From contig JBCCCO010000006.1 of the NCBI GenBank assembly GCA_039033475.1, positions 1 through 63,238 of the forward strand: a stretch of DNA of 63,238 bases, in the 5' to 3' direction. Position numbers and translations under genes: made by a program. Positions 9,094 through 18,601 of the stretch are shown in pieces (position 1 is the stretch's first letter; every line of letters starts with the position of its first letter). Origin of the DNA: Pseudomonadota bacterium. GTDB lineage: Bacteria > Pseudomonadota > Alphaproteobacteria > Rhizobiales > CBDHHC01. The notes under the pieces were generated by a model. That model was not told the origin of the DNA and ran no database searches. It saw only the letters and a list, made by a program, of their open reading frames with translations.

Positions 9094-10775
9094 TATGCTG
9101 CTTCATTTTCTATGGATTCCAAATGGATCCAATTGCGAATAACATTTACGGCTTCTGTCGGATTGTGTTGGACCAACTCCCCAATTTCACGAATAAAGGA
9201 CGCTTGGATTTCTCCTGAGAGTTTTGCGTTTTGTAACAATTCAACGGCAGCTGTATCTGGTTCTATTTTTATGACTTTCCCGTCTTCAGTGCGGTATCCA
9301 TCGGGGGCTTCAAGTAGAGGTTGGCCATCGGGACCAAGATTTTCTGTTCCATCATCTAAGAGTTGGATCGTATCTTCTTGTGTGATGATCCGATTTACAA
9401 GAGGACGTATCACCATGAGTAGAAGCAGCGCTGCAACTAGAAAAGTGACAACTAATTCAGCGATATAGAAATAATCATTTTTTGATAAATTTAGGAAAGC
9501 AGCATCGGCATTTTCATCTGCGGATATGGTTTCAATTGGCGCAAAACGCAGGTTAGATACCTGCACTTTATCGCCGCGGGTGTTATCAAAGCCTATTGCT
9601 GTGCGCACAAGATTTGTGATTTCATCAATTTCCTGTTGTGGCCTGGCTTGGTATGCCGGCGTGCCATCTGCTGCGTTTTGATAGTTACCATCAACCAGTA
9701 CGGCAACCGAAATACGTTTTATACGGCCAGCTTCTATAACCTCAGTTTTATGCGTTTTTGAAATTTCATAGTTTACGACTTCTTCAGTTTTTTTCTGGTT
9801 TTCTTTTTGTGAGGCGTTTTGTTGATCTGCATTATTTGCATCAGCTGCTGGCAGTTCATTGCCAACCGTAACGGCATCGTTTCCGGTTGGTTGCGATGAT
9901 GATGCATCTTGCGAAAATGTTTTTGTTGAGCGTACGACCTGGCCATCAGGGTCATAGGTTTCAGATGTTTGCGTTACACGGTTGTAATCTAATTCAGCAT
10001 TAACCCTCACGCGAACTTTACCTGCACCAACCACACTTGCAACAATTTCTTCAACTTCACGCTGCATTCGCTGTTCAAATGAACGATTTCGCTCTTCCAT
10101 GGTACTGGCTGCAATAACGCCGTTTTCATCGCCTCGTCCTGTTGCGTGCAGTCTTCCATTCTCATCGACGATTGATACACGAGTAGGCTTCATACCCTCG
10201 ATCGCTGAAGCAACCAGGTGCTGGATTGCTTTGATTTGTCCTGCGCCGAGAGACCCTCTTACTTTTACTACAATGGATGCTGATGGATCGGCTTTATCTC
10301 GCGCGAATAATTCTTTTTTTGGTAAGACAAGCATCACACGGGCCATTTGCACGCGGTCTATAGAGCGAATTGTACGGGCTAACTCTCCTTCTAGTGCTCT
10401 TTTGTGGTTGATATCTTGCACAAAGCTTGTGGCACCAAGATTGTCACTTTTATCAAAGATCTCATAGCCTACTCCACTGCCGACCGGCAGACCATCTTCA
10501 GCCATTTGCATGCGAAGTTTAAGAACGCGCTCTTGTGGTACTAAAATAATTGCCCCTTCCTGGCGGATTTCATGGGGGACATTCATACCTTCTAGCTTAT
10601 TGACAATAGAAATTGAATCTTCAAACGGAAGATCTGAAAAAAGCACAGTCATTTGTGGCGTTGAAAAACGGAACATTAGGAAAATGAAAAAAGCAAATAA
10701 CCCCGCTGCAACCGCTCCCATAGCGGCTAGTCGTGTGACACCAATGGCTTTGACAAATTCTAATAAACTGTTCAC
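9093..10775 (-). CDS. fliF: Flagellar MS-ring protein FliF
   Basis: [29 protein letters not shown] motifs; two TM segments. Confidence 0.98.
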   Translation of the reverse strand: MNSLLEFVKAIGVTRLAAMGAVAAGLFAFFIFLMFRFSTPQMTVLFSDLPFEDSISIVNKLEGMNVPHEIRQEGAIILVPQERVLKLRMQMAEDGLPVGSGVGYEIFDKSDNLGATSFVQDINHKRALEGELARTIRSIDRVQMARVMLVLPKKELFARDKADPSASIVVKVRGSLGAGQIKAIQHLVASAIEGMKPTRVSIVDENGRLHATGRGDENGVIAASTMEERNRSFEQRMQREVEEIVASVVGAGKVRVRVNAELDYNRVTQTSETYDPDGQVVRSTKTFSQDASSSQPTGNDAVTVGNELPAADANNADQQNASQKENQKKTEEVVNYEISKTHKTEVIEAGRIKRISVAVLVDGNYQNAADGTPAYQARPQQEIDEITNLVRTAIGFDNTRGDKVQVSNLRFAPIETISADENADAAFLNLSKNDYFYIAELVVTFLVAALLLLMVIRPLVNRIITQEDTIQLLDDGTENLGPDGQPLLEAPDGYRTEDGKVIKIEPDTAAVELLQNAKLSGEIQASFIREIGELVQHNPTEAVNVIRNWIHLESIENEAA

Positions 10776-10841
10776 GACTTTCGTCCTTTGAATTTATTCT
10801 TATTTTTAATGGAATACTGTTCTGCAACTGACTTAAGGGCT

Positions 10842-10946
10842 TACAGCATGTCAATTTCGGCTGCGCCTCATCTGACAAGCTGTAGTCTTTTAAAAACGAG
10901 CAATTTTACAACCTGAATTGAATTCAATTCAGGTTGCATCGCTCTA
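10842..10946. repeat. Family-A element, copy 3 (in the fliF leader)
   Basis: Full-length copy with intact 28-bp palindrome, followed by a partial restart TAGAGCATGTCAAATT. Confidence 0.93.
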
Positions 10947-10989
10947 GAGCATGTCAAATTCATGCAAATCAGCGCGAATACAAATCGAA

Positions 10990-11006
10990 CTAGGCAAAAA
11001 TTACCG
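10990..11006 (-). promoter_or_regulatory. Putative ftr (FlbD-binding) element at the fliF promoter
   Basis: CTAGGCAAAAATTACCG resembles Caulobacter ftr elements and the sites at 14219-14249; lies just downstream of the CtrA box, like the repressive ftr4. Confidence 0.55.
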
Positions 11007-11015
11007 CCTATTTCG

Positions 11016-11030
11016 CTAACAGAACATTAA
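11016..11030 (-). promoter_or_regulatory. Putative CtrA box, fliF operon promoter
   Basis: Minus strand TTAA-TGTTCTG-TTAG, one mismatch from TTAA-N7-TTAA. Confidence 0.6.
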
Positions 11031-11158
11031 TGAAGAGAAAAAATATAGTATTTTTTTATTTTTACTAGGAGAATTAGACTTGTGAGTGGTATTAATCTGG
11101 CATTTTCACAAATTATACTGTGTTCGAGAGAATGCCAGATATATTTATTCTTAGAGAT

Positions 11159-11437
11159 TTAATTGCTACGGTAGTCTTGGACGCGTGTCGCACGCAATCC
11201 TGCTAACCCATGGCGATCAATGGATCGCTGCCAACTTAAAAATTCTTCGACTGTAAGCTTGTAGCGCTCACACGCCTCTTCCAAGCTTAACAAGCCCCCT
11301 CGGACTGCTGCAACGACTTCTGCTTTTCGGCGAATAACCCAGCGCCTTGTGCTCGCTGGTGGAAGATCTGCTATTGTCAAAGGGCTCCCGTCTGGACCTA
11401 TGACATATCTTACACGTGGTCTAAATTGTTCTGACAT
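11159..11437 (-). CDS. sciP: CtrA inhibitor SciP (DUF1153)
   Basis: YVIGPDGSPLTIADLPP..TRRWVIRRKAEVVAAVRGGLLSLEEAC signature. Confidence 0.96.
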   Translation of the reverse strand: MSEQFRPRVRYVIGPDGSPLTIADLPPASTRRWVIRRKAEVVAAVRGGLLSLEEACERYKLTVEEFLSWQRSIDRHGLAGLRATRVQDYRSN

Positions 11438-11494
11438 GTTACTCTCAATACTTACGCACCTGACCTACCCAAATAACGTTATACATCATGCCTT

Positions 11495-11509
11495 TTAATA
11501 TTTGGCTAA
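11495..11509. promoter_or_regulatory. Putative CtrA box upstream of sciP
   Basis: TTAA-TATTTGG-CTAA. Confidence 0.55.
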
Positions 11510-11605
11510 AGTGCCATATAAAACTTTATAGGCGCCTTTAATGCATTGTATTATCTGAGCTATTAACCAAAGAAGTAATCAAAAATTTACTCTTTAACTG
11601 TTTTT

Positions 11606-11621
11606 AGCAAGGCACATGCCA
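11606..11621 (-). promoter_or_regulatory. Putative sigma54 -24/-12 promoter facing sciP
   Basis: Minus strand TGGCATGTGCCTTGCT; GG-N10-GC spacing is exact. Confidence 0.55.
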
Positions 11622-11739
11622 GAGTCACTTTATTTTGTGCTTTATGGAGGATAATTCCTTTATTTGTTATGTTTTAAGATGCTATTCCAGCCCCGTTTAT
11701 CTGAGATTTCACACCTAGCATATTGTAATATATATCTTT

Positions 11740-12420
11740 TTAGGATTCTTCTGAGACTGATTGCTGGCGCACAGAAATCACATCGCCCATCTTGACTTCT
11801 CTGCCATTGACCAACAGCACAGGTTCGGAGCCTGACATGTCAACGCCATCAACTGTACCAGAAGCAGACGTCGATACATCTATTGTGCCACCTTGGGAAT
11901 TTCTTGCATCTATGGAAAGTGTGTAGTCTCCATTTGGTGCAAAAGTTCCTTCCGTTGTGCGGCCGTTCCATTTGAATTCAGATGCACCTTCTGTGATATT
12001 GCGTTTTTCTGTGTAAATCGTATTCCCTGATTTATCTTTTATGGTGAATGTTGCGTCATTTCCTACTTCTGGGGATGAATAGGCCCAAGAGGCACTGCCA
12101 TTATTTAGTTGTGCGGTCTTGCCATCTAGCGTTACCGTTTTACCTATATAACTGACTGACCCGATTATGGTATTGGCTGCAGAGAGCTGCGCTAGAATTT
12201 CAAGATTTTCATTTGATTTGAGGGATTGTTCAACTTCAGTAAATTGGACAAGCTGTTGGGTGAACTCATTGGTATCAATAGGCTCAGTTGGATTTTGATT
12301 TTGCAACTGAGTGGTCAACAATTGCAAAAATGTATCAAAATTGTCGGTAATCGAACTGCGGCTGGTTGCTGTATCGCTGTTATTCAGCGACGCTAGAGCC
12401 GATGAAAGATCAATATCCAT
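11740..12420 (-). CDS. flgD: Flagellar hook capping protein FlgD
   Basis: FLQLLTTQLQNQNP..P.D..EFTQQLVQF motif, FKWNG Ig-like domain. Confidence 0.96.
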   Translation of the reverse strand: MDIDLSSALASLNNSDTATSRSSITDNFDTFLQLLTTQLQNQNPTEPIDTNEFTQQLVQFTEVEQSLKSNENLEILAQLSAANTIIGSVSYIGKTVTLDGKTAQLNNGSASWAYSSPEVGNDATFTIKDKSGNTIYTEKRNITEGASEFKWNGRTTEGTFAPNGDYTLSIDARNSQGGTIDVSTSASGTVDGVDMSGSEPVLLVNGREVKMGDVISVRQQSVSEES

Positions 12421-12435
12421 TATAACACTCCTATA

Positions 12436-12607
12436 TATTATTGGTTCGATTAAAATGATCTTATTTTACTTAACGTATACAATAACCACCGTCATCGCAG
12501 CGAAAGCTGGGATCTCTTTAAAACTCTTCTGAGATTCCAGCTTTCGCTGGAATGACGAACTGAGAATATCTTAAAAAAATAGGCCATTTTAAACTTGATC
12601 AGCTCTA
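12436..12607. repeat. Composite element B1: CGTC-tagged REP-like dimer (12490-12557) in a conserved shell
   Basis: CGTCATCGCAGCGAAAGCTGGGATCTC...GAGATTCCAGCTTTCGCTGGAATGACG; flanks align with the 29350 and 42746 copies. Confidence 0.85.
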
Positions 12608-12637
12608 TTTAATGCGATCTAAAATATTTCGAATTGG

Positions 12638-14038
12638 CTATATCCGAATATCGAGGTTTGTGAATTGCATCCTTCGGTAGTTTACGTTTAAAATTTGCTG
12701 GACATCATTTTGCGTCTCATTGTTTTCGTCTGTCTCGTTGCTCTGATCTGATTGCTCATGATCTGCGGTTTCTTGTTCTGCAAATCCATGATCTTTGAGA
12801 GAAAATGTTAATTCTCCATCTTTAACATCAAGACCAGAGTTGTTGAGCGCGCGCTCAAGTTGACGGGCATCGCGTTGCATTAAATCCAAGGTTTCTGAAC
12901 GTTCCACAATAATATGGGTGTTAACACTGCCATCACGGTTCATGTCCAAGCGGACATCTATGCGACCCAGCTCAGGTGGATCAAGGCGTATATCAAAGCG
13001 CCTTGCACCATTTTGAGCTTGGGTCGCAATATGCACCGCCAATGAATTAACCGGCACCCGTGGTGACGATTGTGACAGTGCGGATGGGCTTGCCTGCTGT
13101 TGTGATGTTGCAGAGGTTGTGGTTGTGAGCAATTGAGAAGAGGTCAAACTATCTTGCTTGGCAAAATCAATTTTAATTGCATCTGGTTTTGTGAGATCAT
13201 TTTGCTTTTGCAAAAATGTTAATGCGTCCTGCTTTAAGCTGTCTGGTGATTTGCCATTTGTGAGTGTTGTCTCGGCATTTTGTGTTTCTGCTAAAAGTTG
13301 GCTTTCAAAAGTCTCTTGCGTATTTGTTTGACCGACATCTCCCTTTGCTTGTGTGTTGATGGCCTGGCGCAATTGTTCTAAACCCTGAATTTGGCGCACA
13401 TCACTGGCAGAGGCTCCATGAGATAAGTGTGCCGCTTTAGAGAGTGGATTTAGAGAATTTATGTCACTCTTTATATCTGTGTTCAGGCCTTGCTCTAATA
13501 CGATATCTGCGTTCAAAGCTTCATTGGTGAGCTGCGCTTGTGTTGCTTCTGTCGTGCCACTTAACAAAGATGCTAAAAACTGTTGCTGCTCTGAAGCTGT
13601 TGTATTTTGCTCGGTGTAAGATATCGCATCAACGGTTGATGGTATTTCTGTTTCGCTGGTGTTTTCGGATTGGGCTGAGGATTGGGCGCCGTCTTGTTGT
13701 TCGTCTGTTACTTGCCCCTCATTTGTTTCTGATTGCTGCTGTTCTGATGTTTGCTGTGTATCACTATTATTTTGCACATCAGGTTTTGCTTGCGTATCTT
13801 GGTTGTCTTGAGGTCTTGTTGCCTTATGGGGCGTTTGTTTGTCTTGTGTGTTATGGGGTGTGGTTTGTTTTGCCTGTCTTGCTTCTGGTTTGCTCTGACG
13901 CACGGAATTTTCAACCTCGTTGGAAAACTTATTAGGTTCTGAAGTTTGTTTGAAAATGTTTCTTTTTATGCTCTCAGAGTTTGTAACTGAGGCCTCTTTG
14001 CGGCTGACTGAAATAAAGTTTTCTAATGCATTATTCAT
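12638..14038 (-). CDS. fliK: Flagellar hook-length control protein FliK
   Basis: Low-complexity Q/T/S N-terminus; C-terminal IRLDPPELGRIDVRL domain. Confidence 0.93.
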   Translation of the reverse strand: MNNALENFISVSRKEASVTNSESIKRNIFKQTSEPNKFSNEVENSVRQSKPEARQAKQTTPHNTQDKQTPHKATRPQDNQDTQAKPDVQNNSDTQQTSEQQQSETNEGQVTDEQQDGAQSSAQSENTSETEIPSTVDAISYTEQNTTASEQQQFLASLLSGTTEATQAQLTNEALNADIVLEQGLNTDIKSDINSLNPLSKAAHLSHGASASDVRQIQGLEQLRQAINTQAKGDVGQTNTQETFESQLLAETQNAETTLTNGKSPDSLKQDALTFLQKQNDLTKPDAIKIDFAKQDSLTSSQLLTTTTSATSQQQASPSALSQSSPRVPVNSLAVHIATQAQNGARRFDIRLDPPELGRIDVRLDMNRDGSVNTHIIVERSETLDLMQRDARQLERALNNSGLDVKDGELTFSLKDHGFAEQETADHEQSDQSNETDENNETQNDVQQILNVNYRRMQFTNLDIRI

Positions 14039-14129
14039 GTTGTTCTACTCGTACTTTAACTCGTGCTCGTAATGAGCTTTACATTTTAATTCTAACTCAG
14101 ATACTGATACGCATATGTCTGAGGAGGTT

Positions 14130-14145
14130 TGCAAGAGATAGACCA
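14130..14145 (-). promoter_or_regulatory. Putative sigma54 promoter of fliK-flgD
   Basis: Minus strand TGGTCTATCTCTTGCA, GG-N10-GC. Confidence 0.65.
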
Positions 14146-14174
14146 TTTCGCGCATTCTTAATTTTATGCAGTAA

Positions 14175-14187
14175 AATCAATTATTTA
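14175..14187. promoter_or_regulatory. Putative IHF site
   Basis: AATCAATTATTTA matches WATCAA-N4-TTR and sits between the sigma54 site and the ftr-like sites. Confidence 0.6.
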
Positions 14188-14218
14188 ACGCCCCATCCCG
14201 ACGTAAGAAAACTTCATA

Positions 14219-14249
14219 AGGTCAAAAATTGCCTGCAAAGTTTGCCTAG
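14219..14249 (-). promoter_or_regulatory. Tandem putative ftr enhancer elements (FlbD)
   Basis: Minus strand CTAGGCAAACTTTGCAG and CAGGCAATTTTTGACCT, about 75-105 bp upstream of the sigma54 site. Confidence 0.55.
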
Positions 14250-14361
14250 TTATAGGTAAGAAATTCAGCTTTTGCAGAGCAAGCGCTTTGACATTGAGAT
14301 CATCGCTTCTATAATGATTTATTTGTCCATAACCGGGATTTAAAGCAGGACTTGAATTTGA

Positions 14362-15576
14362 ATGTTACATACTAAGCTTAATAGCCTTTATCTTCCCAAG
14401 GCTGCCAAAGATACAAGAGTGGTGGTTGCCATGTCTGGTGGCGTTGATTCCTCTGTAGTTGCTGGTTTATTGAAAGATGAAGGCTATGACGTGATTGGCA
14501 TCACCTTGCAACTCTATGACCATGGAGAAGCCGTTGCTCGAAAAGGCGCGTGTTGTGCCGGGCAAGATATCCATGATGCCCGGCGCGTTGCTGAAACCTT
14601 GAATATTCCTCACTATGTGTTGAATTATGAGCGTCGATTTGCCAGTGCAGTGATCGATAGTTTTGCAGACAGTTATCTGTCTGGTGAAACACCTGTTCCT
14701 TGCGTAACGTGCAATCAAACAGTTAAATTCAAAGATTTGCTGGCAACGGCCAAAGATCTTGAAGCAGATGCACTCGCTACGGGGCATTACATTCAAAGCC
14801 GCCCAGCACACATTCACGCTGATGGCGCGCAGGATTGGCAGCTTTTGCGCGCGGTTGATGCGGAGAGGGATCAATCTTACTTTATGTTTACCACAACAAA
14901 AGAACAGCTGAGTTTTTTGAGGTTTCCTCTTGGGGGATTGAAAAAGTCAGAAACTCGAAGTCTGGCTGAAAAATATAACCTTAAAATTGCCCATAAACCC
15001 GATAGCCAGGATATTTGCTTTGTTCCATCTGGGCGGTATACGCAAGTTATTGAGCGGTTGCGACCAGGGGCTGCTGAGCCTGGCGATATTGTTGATTTGA
15101 ATGGTACGGTTGTTGGACAGCACGAGGGTATTATAAACTTTACCATCGGCCAGCGCAAAGGCATTGGCATTTCAGCACAAGAACCGCTTTATGTTATTCG
15201 TCTTGATGCTGAGCGCCGTGAGGTTGTGGTGGGAACGCGTGATGCGCTGCGCACCAATTGGGTTTTATTGAGGGACTTAAACTGGATCGGGACTGATCAT
15301 TTTGATAACCTGCCAAGTGATGGACTTGATATTTATGCCAAAGTTCGCTCGACACAACCGCCTTTGAAAGCAAAGCTGCACAACTCTGAAGGTCAGGCTT
15401 GGGTTCAGCTTATGGATGGTGAAGACGGGGTTTCTCCTGGACAAGCTTGCGTGTTTTACACCTCAGATGATGCGGCTGCACAAATTCTAGGTGGTGGCTG
15501 GATACGTTCTGCACATAACGCGGTTACAGATTTGCCTATAGCTTCTCAATATACTGATAGGCTCGCGTTGATTTAG
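14362..15576 (+). CDS. mnmA: tRNA 2-thiouridylase MnmA
   Basis: [43 protein letters not shown]. Confidence 0.98.
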   Translation: MLHTKLNSLYLPKAAKDTRVVVAMSGGVDSSVVAGLLKDEGYDVIGITLQLYDHGEAVARKGACCAGQDIHDARRVAETLNIPHYVLNYERRFASAVIDSFADSYLSGETPVPCVTCNQTVKFKDLLATAKDLEADALATGHYIQSRPAHIHADGAQDWQLLRAVDAERDQSYFMFTTTKEQLSFLRFPLGGLKKSETRSLAEKYNLKIAHKPDSQDICFVPSGRYTQVIERLRPGAAEPGDIVDLNGTVVGQHEGIINFTIGQRKGIGISAQEPLYVIRLDAERREVVVGTRDALRTNWVLLRDLNWIGTDHFDNLPSDGLDIYAKVRSTQPPLKAKLHNSEGQAWVQLMDGEDGVSPGQACVFYTSDDAAAQILGGGWIRSAHNAVTDLPIASQYTDRLALI

Positions 15577-15962
15577 TAGACGATCAGCTTTGGTTTTTTC
15601 TCAAAAACGTTGAGAACTTTTTTCAGGTCATGTCCGCGCTTGAGAATTTGTCCTGTTGGAGCAATGACGCTGTAGGCCCCCTGCTTGTTGGCACGTTTTG
15701 GTTTTTTTTCGATGGAATAAAGTGCATGCTCTGTGGCTTTGCGAAAGATGGAAAAAACAGCCCTGTCAGCCAACATATCAATGGCATAATCCCGCCAGTC
15801 AGCTGATGCAACCATCCGCCCATAAACACGTAAAATATCATTGAGCTCTTGGCGATTAAAACACACATGTACTGGGTCGCGTAACTGCATCGCCTTATCA
15901 GGTGGTTGAGGCAATATCGTTTTGCCCGGTGGGCGATCAAATTTTAGAGTTTTATCTGGCAA
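15573..15962 (-). CDS. DUF2794 family protein (start uncertain)
   Basis: FNRQEL..IL.VYGRMVA...WRDYAID...IEKKP...ILKRGHDL signature. Confidence 0.85.
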   Translation of the reverse strand: MPDKTLKFDRPPGKTILPQPPDKAMQLRDPVHVCFNRQELNDILRVYGRMVASADWRDYAIDMLADRAVFSIFRKATEHALYSIEKKPKRANKQGAYSVIAPTGQILKRGHDLKKVLNVFEKKPKLIVY

Positions 15963-16238
15963 ATGTTTGCTCTTGTTATACCCTCAGCACTCTTCATTGT
16001 TTACAATATCATTTTATAACCTAAAGATAAACTCAACTCTTACCACTATTCTAATCGAAATATGAACTTAAGGGTCAGACTTTGGTTATATAATGGTCCT
16101 TTTTTCACACCCTCATAAAAAATATTTTTTATTTTATTTCAATAACTTACACCTAATATCTAAAGCTTTATATAGACTTTCAAAAAGCGCTTGGCATATT
16201 TTTGCCGTATTTTCGCCATCCCATCACCTTATTTTTTT

Positions 16239-16350
16239 GTCATATTTATAAAGCTGCCCACTGGCCCAGTCTTAGGTTTGATTTAGAATCAAATCAAATT
16301 TCCCCCCTCATATTTATATAATGACTGGGCCTTTTTTTATAAAATATGAC
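16239..16350 (+). ncRNA. Candidate structured RNA with a C-rich loop and U-tailed stem
   Basis: GGCCCAGTC/GACTGGGCC stem followed by T7, inner TTTGATTT/AAATCAAA hairpin, unpaired TTTCCCCCCTC, outer GTCATATTT/AAATATGAC arms. Confidence 0.4.
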
Positions 16351-16490
16351 TTCCTATTTCTTTATTTTATCTTTATTAGTATTGCCAAATTTTTTTTCTA
16401 AAAACTCCAACATTATCTCAAGCCTGTTGACTTTCTGCATATGAGATGCACTGAACAATAAAAATTATAATAGATGACCCAAGGTATGAC

Positions 16491-18425
16491 ATGACTGAAA
16501 CATTTTCTTTCCAAGCAGAGGTGACAAAGCTTTTACACCTCATGATCCACTCCGTGTACTCAGAAAAAGAAATTTTTTTGAGAGAATTAATATCTAATGC
16601 CTCTGATGCTTGTGATCGTTTGCGCTATCTTGCCGTCACACAATCGGATTTGCTTGGCGATGATCCTGATTTAAAAATAACTCTTCAAACCAATGCTGAT
16701 GCCAAAACCTTGACAATTGCAGACAACGGTATTGGCATGTCAAAGCAAGAGCTTATTGAAAATTTAGGAACAATTGCAAAATCTGGCACGAAAGCTTTTA
16801 TTGATAAACTTTCCCAGGAGCAAGACAGCGCAAACCTTATTGGTCAGTTCGGGGTTGGATTTTATGCCGCATTTATGGTTGCAACCCATATTGAGGTTAT
16901 CAGCCGCAAGGCCAGATCAGAAGAGGTTTTTGTATGGCAATCTCAGGGTGGAGAGGGCTTTGATGTTGCGCCTGCGGGAGAAGATATTTCACAAAACTTT
17001 CAGAGGGGAACGCGCATTATTCTTCATATGAATGATGAGGCTTTAACATATCTGGATGCTCATAATATTGAGCGCATTGTTCATGCTTATTCTGATCATA
17101 TTTCTTTTCCGATTATGTTAGAGGCACCAGATGAGGATGAGACTGAGAATGTTGATACATTAGATGAAAAAGATGAACCTGAAGATGAGCCTTCTGGGCC
17201 GAAACAACTCAATTCTGGGAATGCTCTATGGGCGAGGCCTAAGGCTGAGATAAACGAACAGGATTATGTGAATTTTTACAAGCAGGTCTCTGCCTCCTTT
17301 GATGAGCCATTGGTTACATTACATTATCAGGCTGAAGGACGACATGAATATTCTGTATTGGTTTTTATTCCTACCATGAAGCCTTTTGATCTTTATGAAC
17401 CGGAGCGTAAGGGGCGTGTTAAGCTGTATGTCAAGCGTGTGTTTATTACGGAAGATACGGATATCCTACCGCCTTTTTTACGCTTTGTCCGAGGCGTTAT
17501 TGATTCACAGGATATTCCTTTAAATCTCTCACGGGAGATGCTGCAAAATAATCCTATTGTGGAATCTATTCGTCGTGCGGTAACAAAAAAAATTCTCTCC
17601 GAATTGAGAAAAACAGCACAAAAGACACCAGATGTTTTTGAAAAGGTTTGGGATGCCTTCGGGGCTGTGATCAAGGAAGGTCTTTATGAAGCATTTGAGT
17701 ACAGAGATGAGATCTATGAGATTGCCCGTTTTCGTTCGATGAATTCCAAAGGTTGGATTAGCCTAACGGACTACGTTACGAATATGCATGATCAGCAAAA
17801 GGACATTTATTATCTGACCGGAGAGAGCTTGGAACGGCTTAATGATAGTCCTTTGTTAGAGGGCTTTCGCGCGCGGGGTATTGATGTGCTGTTGCTGTGC
17901 GATCAAGTCGATCATTTCTGGGTGATAAACTCAACTGGATATGATGGTAAACCTTTCAAATCTCTCACACAAGGCGATGCGGCTCTTTCTGATATCCCTT
18001 TGAAAGAGGGCGAAGCTAACGACACAGATGCTGATATGGATGCGAAGTCCGCAACTTTGATTGCAAAGTTAAAGCAAACTCTTGGAGAGGTTGTGAGCGA
18101 TGTGCAAATTTCCAAACGTTTGGTTACAAGCCCGGTTTGCCTTGTCGCTCCGACAGATGGTCCGGATCGGGGCCTCGATAAAATTATAAACTATAGTGAA
18201 AATGATAAGCGTACTGCTCCTGTTCTTGAAATTAATATCAACCATGATTTGCTGCAAAAGCTACGCGCACATGAAGATCAACAATCAGCTTTATCTGATT
18301 TTGAAGATTTGTCTTGGTTACTCCTTGATCAAGCTAAAATTTTGGAAGGGGAATTGCCGAGGGATCCTGCGAAGTTTTCTGAGCGTTTAAACCGTTTGCT
18401 ATTATCGAAAAATGCCTCTTCTTAG
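16491..18425 (+). CDS. htpG: Chaperone HtpG (Hsp90)
   Basis: EIFLRELISNASDA, DNGIGM, IGQFGVGFY, LNLSREMLQ. Confidence 0.98.
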   Translation: MTETFSFQAEVTKLLHLMIHSVYSEKEIFLRELISNASDACDRLRYLAVTQSDLLGDDPDLKITLQTNADAKTLTIADNGIGMSKQELIENLGTIAKSGTKAFIDKLSQEQDSANLIGQFGVGFYAAFMVATHIEVISRKARSEEVFVWQSQGGEGFDVAPAGEDISQNFQRGTRIILHMNDEALTYLDAHNIERIVHAYSDHISFPIMLEAPDEDETENVDTLDEKDEPEDEPSGPKQLNSGNALWARPKAEINEQDYVNFYKQVSASFDEPLVTLHYQAEGRHEYSVLVFIPTMKPFDLYEPERKGRVKLYVKRVFITEDTDILPPFLRFVRGVIDSQDIPLNLSREMLQNNPIVESIRRAVTKKILSELRKTAQKTPDVFEKVWDAFGAVIKEGLYEAFEYRDEIYEIARFRSMNSKGWISLTDYVTNMHDQQKDIYYLTGESLERLNDSPLLEGFRARGIDVLLLCDQVDHFWVINSTGYDGKPFKSLTQGDAALSDIPLKEGEANDTDADMDAKSATLIAKLKQTLGEVVSDVQISKRLVTSPVCLVAPTDGPDRGLDKIINYSENDKRTAPVLEININHDLLQKLRAHEDQQSALSDFEDLSWLLLDQAKILEGELPRDPAKFSERLNRLLLSKNASS

Positions 18426-18601
18426 AGCTGGGCCTTGTTACGCTCCCAGGATGCGAGCATCAACAGGGTCTTGTTATCCAAATGAATGCATTCTATCATT
18501 TTTTGCAAATACTATTCATCTTTGTACGGATTTGTTATAATATTTGCTGTTTGCCATAGAATAAAATATTATAATTGTTTATAGTGGAATTAGGTTAACA
18601 T

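Noticed and set aside
16191-16205. TTGGCATATTTTTGC as a sigma54 promoter
   Set aside because: GG-GC spacing is 9 rather than the required 10
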